A stretch of 64,000 nt of DNA from an uncultured Bifidobacteriaceae bacterium (GTDB lineage Bacteria > Acidobacteriota > Vicinamibacteria > Vicinamibacterales > UBA2999): positions 10,958-74,957 of the forward strand of contig CAZXTM010000003.1 of NCBI GenBank assembly GCA_964643765.1. The letters run 5' to 3'. The notes under the pieces are model-generated. The model was not told the origin of the DNA and did not search any database. It saw nothing but the letters and a program-made list of their open reading frames with translations. Position numbers and translations under genes: made by a program. Below are positions 58,854 through 64,000 of the stretch, one piece after another (position 1 is the first letter of the stretch; each line of letters starts with the position of its first letter).

Positions 58854-59762
58854 ATGATGACACGGCTGACAGGTGTGGTGCTCGGGGTGCTGCTGGCGTC
58901 TGGAGGACTCATGGCGCAACCGCGCAAGACAAATGTGGCGCATCGGGGTGCGTCAGGCTACGCGCCGGAGCACACGCTGGCGGCCTACCGCCTGGCCATC
59001 GAGCAGGGGGCTGACTTCGTCGAGCAGGACCTGGCGGTCACGAAAGACGGCGCCCTCATCTGCCTGCACGATGCCAGCCTCGAACGCACGACCGACGTCG
59101 AGTCGAAGTTTCCCGATCGGGCCACGGTGACCACCATCGAGGGGCGCACGCGCAAGGCGTGGCTAGCCAACGACTTCACCCTGGCGGAGATCAAGACACT
59201 CGATGCCGGTTCGTGGTTTTCTCCGAAGTTTGCCGGCGAACGCATTCCGACGTTTGATGAAGCGGTGGCAGTGGTGAAGGGCAGGGCCGGCCTGTTTCCC
59301 GAGCTTAAGACGCCCGAGATCTACAAGGGGCGCGAGGTGCGGTTCGAGGCCCTGGTGGCGGCTGCTCTCGACCGGCACGGGCTTCGCAGACCGGGGGCAG
59401 ACCCGAAAACGCCGGTCATCCTGCAGACATTCGGCGAAGAAACCGCCCGTAATCTGGCGGCCATGAAGATTGGTGTGCCGGTGGTATTGCTCATCGGCAG
59501 TCCTGGCGGGTGGGATGCCGCGCGGGTCGCCCAGTGGAAAGGCGTCGTGCAGGGATTCGGACCGAACAAGGGGCTGCTGCTGAAGACGCCGGACTTTGTC
59601 GCCTGGGCCCAGGCGCAGGGGCAGACGGTGGTGCCGTATACCTTCCGCGCAGCCGAGACCGGCGCGTTCCCCTCAGTCAAGGCCGAGATGGAGCACTTTC
59701 TCTACACCCTCGGCGTGGACGGGGTGTTTACCGACAACCCGGACCAGTTTCCCCGACGCTAG
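58854..59762 (+). CDS. Secreted glycerophosphodiester phosphodiesterase (GDPD family)
   Basis: Signal MMTRLTGVVLGVLLASGGLMAQ, VAHRGASGYAPEHTLAAY, FVEQDLAVTKDGALICLHD, and FPELK. Confidence 0.88.
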   Translation: MMTRLTGVVLGVLLASGGLMAQPRKTNVAHRGASGYAPEHTLAAYRLAIEQGADFVEQDLAVTKDGALICLHDASLERTTDVESKFPDRATVTTIEGRTRKAWLANDFTLAEIKTLDAGSWFSPKFAGERIPTFDEAVAVVKGRAGLFPELKTPEIYKGREVRFEALVAAALDRHGLRRPGADPKTPVILQTFGEETARNLAAMKIGVPVVLLIGSPGGWDAARVAQWKGVVQGFGPNKGLLLKTPDFVAWAQAQGQTVVPYTFRAAETGAFPSVKAEMEHFLYTLGVDGVFTDNPDQFPRR

Positions 59763-59780
59763 CAGAAAGCAGGGGGCCTC

Positions 59781-60143
59781 TTATCGGGCCTTCACGACGA
59801 TGGTGCCAGTCATCGACCGGCACGCCTCATCGGCAGTCAGCGTGCAGTAGAACTGGAATGTGCCGGCCTGGTCGGCCCGGAACTCGAAGGTGACGATCCC
59901 ACCGGCTGGAATGCGCTTCACGATGCGATAGGCATCGATGGCGAAGCTGTAGGGCAGGTCCTCGGCCGTGATGGACAGGCGCACCAGATCATCCTGGGCG
60001 ACTTCGAGTCGGTCGGGAATGAAGCGATGGTCTCGGGCCACGATCGAAAAATCGCGGCGATTGCGCGCGGCATCCTGGGGGGCGGCGGCGATGGCCAGGG
60101 CTGCCAGCAGGAGCAGGACGCCCGTGAGGGAAGCACGCAGCAT
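59781..60143 (-). CDS. Cupredoxin-fold protein with a degenerate metal-ligand set
   Basis: Signal MLRASLTGVLLLLAALAIAAAP. Beta-sandwich pattern F.I.A.D..F.P..LEV...D.V.L...AED with the C-terminal motif GTFQFYCTLTADEACRSMTGTIVV. ATG at 60143 is preferred because 60170 abuts the pnp terminator. Confidence 0.55.
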   Translation of the reverse strand: MLRASLTGVLLLLAALAIAAAPQDAARNRRDFSIVARDHRFIPDRLEVAQDDLVRLSITAEDLPYSFAIDAYRIVKRIPAGGIVTFEFRADQAGTFQFYCTLTADEACRSMTGTIVVKAR

Positions 60144-60171
60144 GGGCCTATTGTAGGCCTGAACAGACAAA

Positions 60172-60202
60172 CGCCGGGCCCGTCTGCTGACGGAGCCCGG
60201 CG
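60172..60202 (-). terminator. Hairpin terminator downstream of pnp
   Basis: CGCCGGGCCCGTC-TGCT-GACGG(A)GCCCGGCG forms 13 bp with one bulge. TTTGTCTGT follows on the minus strand. Confidence 0.6.
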
Positions 60203-60226
60203 CTTGTGTGGTTTGACGGACGCAGC

Positions 60227-62431
60227 CTACTCGCTGCGGCGCGGCCCACGGTCGCCGCGGTCGCGACGCGGCCCGCGGGGACGGTCGTCGCCACTGGACG
60301 GGGCATCGCCGCCGGCGTCTTCTGACGAAGCCGGCGGGGCGCCGCCTTCCTCGGGGCTGATGAGGGCCTTGCGCGACAGGCGGATCTTGCCGGTCGGGTC
60401 GATGTTGATGACCTTCACCAGCACCTGCTGGCCTTCCTTCAGTTCGTCGCGTACGTCCTTGACGCGGTAGTGGGCGATTTCACTGACATGCAGGAGGCCG
60501 TCGGTGCCAGGCATGATTTCAATGAAGGCCCCGAAATCGGTGATGCGCTGGACCTTGCCGAGATAGGTCTTGTTGAGCTCGGCCGTGGCGGTGAGCTCCT
60601 GAATGATGCCGATCGCCTTGGCGGCTGCGGACTCATCAGCCGAGGCGACGTTCACCTGCCCGTCGTCCTGGACCTCAATCTTGACGCCGGTGCGCTCGAT
60701 GATCGAGCGGATCATCTTGCCGCCGGGCCCGATGACGTCGCGGATCTTGTCGACGGGGATGCGGATGGTGACGATGCGCGGCGCGTAGGCCGACATGCTG
60801 GTGCGGGCCGACGGCAGGGCCGTCTCCATGATGCCCAGGATGTGCATCCGGCCGGCGCGGGCCTGAGTGAGGGCGGCGCGCATCACCTCGGGGGAGATGC
60901 CCGTCACCTTGATGTCCATCTGCAGCGCGGTGATGCCGTTGGCGGTGCCGGCCACCTTGAAGTCCATGTCGCCGAAGTGGTCTTCCGCGCCGGCGATGTC
61001 GCTCAGCACGGCGTATTTGCCGGAGGCCTCATCGACGATGAGGCCCATGGCCACGCCGGCCACCGGGGCTTTGATCGGCACGCCCGCATCCATCATCGAC
61101 AGCGATCCGCCGCAGACCGAGGCCATCGACGAGGATCCGTTGCTTTCGAGGATGTCCGAGACGATGCGCACGGTGTAGGCGAACTCGGCTTCCGAGGGCA
61201 TCACCGCAGCCAGGGCGCGCTCGGCGAGGGCGCCGTGCCCGATTTCGCGACGGCCGGGGCCGCGCATGGGCTTGACTTCACCCACCGAGAAGGGGGGGAA
61301 GTTGTAGTGCAGCATGAACCGCTTCCAGGTCTCGCCGTCGACCATTTCGATCTTCTGCTGGTCGTCCGACGTGCCGAGCGTGGCGGTGACGAGGGCCTGC
61401 GTCTCACCGCGGGTGAAGACGGCCGAGCCGTGCACCCGGGGCAGCACCGTGGTTTCGATGCTGATCGGGCGGATCTCGTCGAAGCGGCGGCCGTCGAGGC
61501 GGACGCCTCGCTGCAGCACTTCGTCTCGCAGCACCTTCTCCTGCAGCGCGCCGATGATGCCCTTGGCCTCGCCCTTGCGGTCTGCCGCCTCGGCGGGCAG
61601 TGCCGCCAGGACCTGCTTCTCGACCTGCGCCACCTGCGCGTAGTTCTCGAGCTTGGTCTTGATGCGCATCGCATCGGTCAGCGGCCCGAGCGCCAGGCCC
61701 TCGACCATGGCATGGAAGGCGGCGTCGACCGTGACGGTCGGCTTGGGCAGCTTGGCCTTTCCGGCCCTGACGGCCAGCTCATCGATGCCGGCGCAGAGCT
61801 GCTTGATGGCCTGGTGTGCGGCCTCGAGGCCCGCCAGCGCTTCCTCTTCCGAAACTTCCTTCGCTCCGGCTTCCACCATGACAATGCCGTCCTGGCTGCC
61901 GGCGACCACGAGGTCAAGCCGGCTCTGGCGGCGCTGCTCGAAGGTGGGGTTTATGACGTAGACGCCATCGACCAGGCCGACGCGCACGCCGGCGATGGTC
62001 TTCTCGAGCGGCATGTCCGACAGCGCGAGGGCCGCAGCCGCGCCGGTGATGGCGAGCACATCGGCGTCGTTGTCCTTGTCGGCCGAGAGCACGAACGCGA
62101 TGACCTGCGTCTCGAAGCTCCAGCCAGCCGAGAACAGCGGGCGGATGGGCCGGTCGATGACGCGGCTCGTGAGCGTCTCCTTCTCGGTGGCCTTGCCTTC
62201 GCGCTTGAAGAACCCGCCGGGGATGCGACCCGACGAGTAGGCATACTCGCGGTAGTCAACCGTCAGCGGCAGGAAGTCGATGCCTTCGCGGGGGCTGCTG
62301 GCGTGGCAGGCCGTCACGAGCACCATGGTGTCGCCCATCCGGACGACCACCGAGCCGTGGGCCTGCTTGGCCCACTTGCCCGTCTCGATCGTCAGCGACC
62401 GACCCCCGAATGAAATCTCACTGATGTGCAT
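60227..62431 (-). CDS. pnp: Polyribonucleotide nucleotidyltransferase (PNPase) with an Arg/Asp-rich C-terminal tail
   Basis: Two RNase PH domains (LTSRVIDRPIRPLF, GSSSMASVCGGSLSMMDAGVP), KH (IGPGGKMIRSI) and S1 (GKVQRITDFGAFIE). The tail is ...DDRPRGPRRDRGDRGPRRSE. ATG at 62431. Confidence 0.97.
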   Translation of the reverse strand: MHISEISFGGRSLTIETGKWAKQAHGSVVVRMGDTMVLVTACHASSPREGIDFLPLTVDYREYAYSSGRIPGGFFKREGKATEKETLTSRVIDRPIRPLFSAGWSFETQVIAFVLSADKDNDADVLAITGAAAALALSDMPLEKTIAGVRVGLVDGVYVINPTFEQRRQSRLDLVVAGSQDGIVMVEAGAKEVSEEEALAGLEAAHQAIKQLCAGIDELAVRAGKAKLPKPTVTVDAAFHAMVEGLALGPLTDAMRIKTKLENYAQVAQVEKQVLAALPAEAADRKGEAKGIIGALQEKVLRDEVLQRGVRLDGRRFDEIRPISIETTVLPRVHGSAVFTRGETQALVTATLGTSDDQQKIEMVDGETWKRFMLHYNFPPFSVGEVKPMRGPGRREIGHGALAERALAAVMPSEAEFAYTVRIVSDILESNGSSSMASVCGGSLSMMDAGVPIKAPVAGVAMGLIVDEASGKYAVLSDIAGAEDHFGDMDFKVAGTANGITALQMDIKVTGISPEVMRAALTQARAGRMHILGIMETALPSARTSMSAYAPRIVTIRIPVDKIRDVIGPGGKMIRSIIERTGVKIEVQDDGQVNVASADESAAAKAIGIIQELTATAELNKTYLGKVQRITDFGAFIEIMPGTDGLLHVSEIAHYRVKDVRDELKEGQQVLVKVINIDPTGKIRLSRKALISPEEGGAPPASSEDAGGDAPSSGDDRPRGPRRDRGDRGPRRSE

Positions 62432-62453
62432 AGGGAACCTTTCGACCGTGGCT

Positions 62454-62483
62454 GCCGAGGTCCGCAACTGCGGGTGCCTCGGC
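62454..62483 (-). promoter_or_regulatory. rpsO-pnp intercistronic stem-loop (attenuator / RNase III-type processing site candidate)
   Basis: GCCGAGG+TCCGCA pairs with TGCGGG+(TG bulge)+CCTCGGC. No U-tract follows on the transcribed strand. Confidence 0.4.
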
Positions 62484-62514
62484 CGCCGGCCGGAAACCGA
62501 TGTCTGTAACCGAA

Positions 62515-62784
62515 CTACTTGCGGATACCCAGCCGCTGGATGAGCGAGGCGTAGCGGTCGATGTCCTTGCTCTTCAGGTAATCAAGCAGGCGACGACGCT
62601 GGCCGACGAGCTTGAGCAGACCACGACGCGAATGGTGATCCTTGGCGTGGGTCTTGAAGTGTTCGGTCAGGTAGGAGATGCGATCGCTCAGCAGGGCCAC
62701 CTGCACTTCAGGTGAGCCGGTATCGCTGGCGTGAGTCTTGTAGTCGCCGATGAGGGCGATCTTTTTGTCCTTGGTCAGTGCCAC
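62515..62784 (-). CDS. rpsO: 30S ribosomal protein S15
   Basis: GTG at 62784 is preceded by [67 protein letters not shown]. 89 aa. Confidence 0.96.
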   Translation of the reverse strand: MALTKDKKIALIGDYKTHASDTGSPEVQVALLSDRISYLTEHFKTHAKDHHSRRGLLKLVGQRRRLLDYLKSKDIDRYASLIQRLGIRK

Positions 62785-62843
62785 GGTGCCTCCACGCACG
62801 GCCCAGAGGCAGCTGAATGCTGCGGGTCCAGACCGCCGTCTAT

Positions 62844-62862
62844 GACGACAGACGCTGTCGTC
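62844..62862 (-). promoter_or_regulatory. Hairpin in the truB-rpsO spacer (rpsO leader or truB terminator candidate)
   Basis: GACGACAG-ACG-CTGTCGTC is a perfect 8-bp stem within a 116-bp spacer. Confidence 0.25.
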
Positions 62863-62900
62863 GGGAAACCTCGATCCTAGTCCAAAACCCGCGAGCGTAC

Positions 62901-63788
62901 CTAGCCAAAAACCACAGAGGGGTGCAGACCGCCGGTGTGCCTCGACGGCACCGCGAGCCCCAGCAGGTGCCCCTGGTCATCAAACAGCCGCGTCAGGGCC
63001 GGCGGGTCCGACCAGCCGGGAGGGCACGGCAGGTCGACGCCCTTCCGCGCCCGGGCGGCCGTGTCGGCGTCCAGGTGCAGCGCCGGCCGATCCGTCAGGA
63101 GGGCCGGCATCGGGATGAGGCGCCCCTCGATCGCCGCCCGGTCGGCCGTGACCAGCGTGTCGAGCGTGACCGCATCCTCGATGGCGAAGGTGCCCGACCG
63201 CGTGCGGCGCAGTTGCTCCAGCACTGCGCCGCAGCCAAGCACCTGACCGAGGTCGTGCGCGAGGGAGCGCACATAGAAGCCCGGCGAGACGGTCATCGAG
63301 ACGATGGCGCGCTCGCCGTCGTAGTCATCCAGTGACAGCGCGTGCACGTGCACGGCGACCGGCGCCAGGGTGGGCGGGGGGGCGCCGGTCCGGCGCGCCA
63401 GATCGTAGGCCCGGTGACCGTCGACCTTCTTGGCGGAGAAGGCCGGAGGCCCCTGCATCTGGGGGCCGCGAAACTGTTGGAGCGCCTGCTTGAGGGCGTC
63501 GCGGGTGGGGCGGGCGTCGCTCTGGCCGCACACCTCGCCCAGGCTGTCGTAGGTGGTGGTGATTTCCCCGAACCGGATGGTCGCCTGGTAGGTCTTGTCG
63601 CTGGCCATCAGGTACTGCACGAGGCGGGTTGCCGGACCGACGGCCAGGGCGAGCACGCCGGTGGCGAGCGGGTCGAGGGTGCCACAGTGTCCGATGCGGC
63701 GCTCGCCGAGCACCCGCCTGGCCACGGCGACCACGTCGTGTGACGTGGGGCCCTGCGGCTTGTCGACCACCAGCACGCCGGCGATCAT
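62901..63788 (-). CDS. truB: tRNA pseudouridine(55) synthase
   Basis: [17 protein letters not shown] and [17 protein letters not shown] at 63788 overlaps the upstream gene stop (ATGA). Confidence 0.94.
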   Translation of the reverse strand: MIAGVLVVDKPQGPTSHDVVAVARRVLGERRIGHCGTLDPLATGVLALAVGPATRLVQYLMASDKTYQATIRFGEITTTYDSLGEVCGQSDARPTRDALKQALQQFRGPQMQGPPAFSAKKVDGHRAYDLARRTGAPPPTLAPVAVHVHALSLDDYDGERAIVSMTVSPGFYVRSLAHDLGQVLGCGAVLEQLRRTRSGTFAIEDAVTLDTLVTADRAAIEGRLIPMPALLTDRPALHLDADTAARARKGVDLPCPPGWSDPPALTRLFDDQGHLLGLAVPSRHTGGLHPSVVFG

Positions 63789-64000
63789 GCCTGGACTGCG
63801 GCGCACAGCAGCGGCGTCAGCCGCCCGAGGCACTCGTCGTAGGTGCCGGCCACTGAACAGCCCGCCGCGTTGGTGTGGCCTCCGCCGCCAAAGCCGCGCG
63901 CAATGGTGCCGATGTCCACGGCGCCCTTTGACCGAAGGCTGAGGCGCCAGTCGTGGTCGCCGGCTTCCTTGAGGAACGCCACGGCCTGGATGTCCTTCAC
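63785..64000 (-). CDS. DHH/DHHA1 phosphoesterase (NrnA-like), C-terminal fragment; 5' part lies outside the window
   Basis: DHHA1 motif FGGGGHTNAAG. The frame is open to the right edge. Position upstream of truB is typical of the rbfA-nrnA-truB arrangement. Confidence 0.7.
   Translation of the reverse strand: MKDIQAVAFLKEAGDHDWRLSLRSKGAVDIGTIARGFGGGGHTNAAGCSVAGTYDECLGRLTPLLCAAVQA

Noticed and set aside
60470-62413. 647-aa ORF antisense to pnp
   Set aside because: The sense strand encodes a complete PNPase. The antisense product is Gly/Asp/Arg/His/Ala-rich with no motifs.

Overview
The window is a GC-rich, densely coding bacterial chromosome segment. High GC leaves many long stop-free antisense ORFs, which I treat as artefacts. 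The VWFA-related protein family, the MacB/FtsX-type permeases and the fused cytochrome b/c point to Acidobacteriota, but this is inference only.

Layout:
1. 1-2555: the 3' part of rpoC plus a hairpin terminator.
2. 2.5-10.8 kb: non-translational genes sit between rpoC and rpsL. They comprise a secreted Cys-type sulfatase, a minus-strand string (TPR protein, sensor kinase, OmpR-type regulator, TauE/SafE permease), and a two-gene Rieske/cytochrome b complex whose cytochrome b carries two C-terminal CXXCH motifs.
3. 11.0-29.8 kb: an uninterrupted str-S10-spc-alpha ribosomal superoperon of 34 genes from rpsL to rplQ, including fusA, secY, adk, map, infA and rpoA. It has no tuf gene, and its IF-1 is unusually divergent.
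4. 29.9-45.8 kb: an accessory block. It holds a VWA-domain protein and a Yip1/adaptor/FtsX/FtsX efflux-like operon with no ATPase gene. Divergent from that operon is a compact type IV pilus operon: pilB, pilT, pilC, pilin, a VKOR-DsbA fusion, pilD, three minor-pilin-like genes and a coiled-coil protein. It has no secretin or pilMNOP genes.
5. 45.8-64 kb: housekeeping genes: aroB, proS, a multidomain OmpA protein, tatC, tatA, an S41 protease, smc, a DUF4097 lipoprotein, an M48 protease, a GDPD phosphodiesterase, a degenerate cupredoxin, pnp, rpsO, truB and the 3' end of a DHH/DHHA1 gene.

Reading by eye, I found no rRNA, tRNA, CRISPR array, transposase or integrase.

The most interesting candidate is the pilus operon with its embedded VKOR-DsbA disulfide module and a sigma-54-like promoter in front of the pilin. 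Next are the ATPase-less Yip1-headed efflux operon, the divergent IF-1, and a DRGPRR-type Arg/Asp tail shared by S3 and PNPase.
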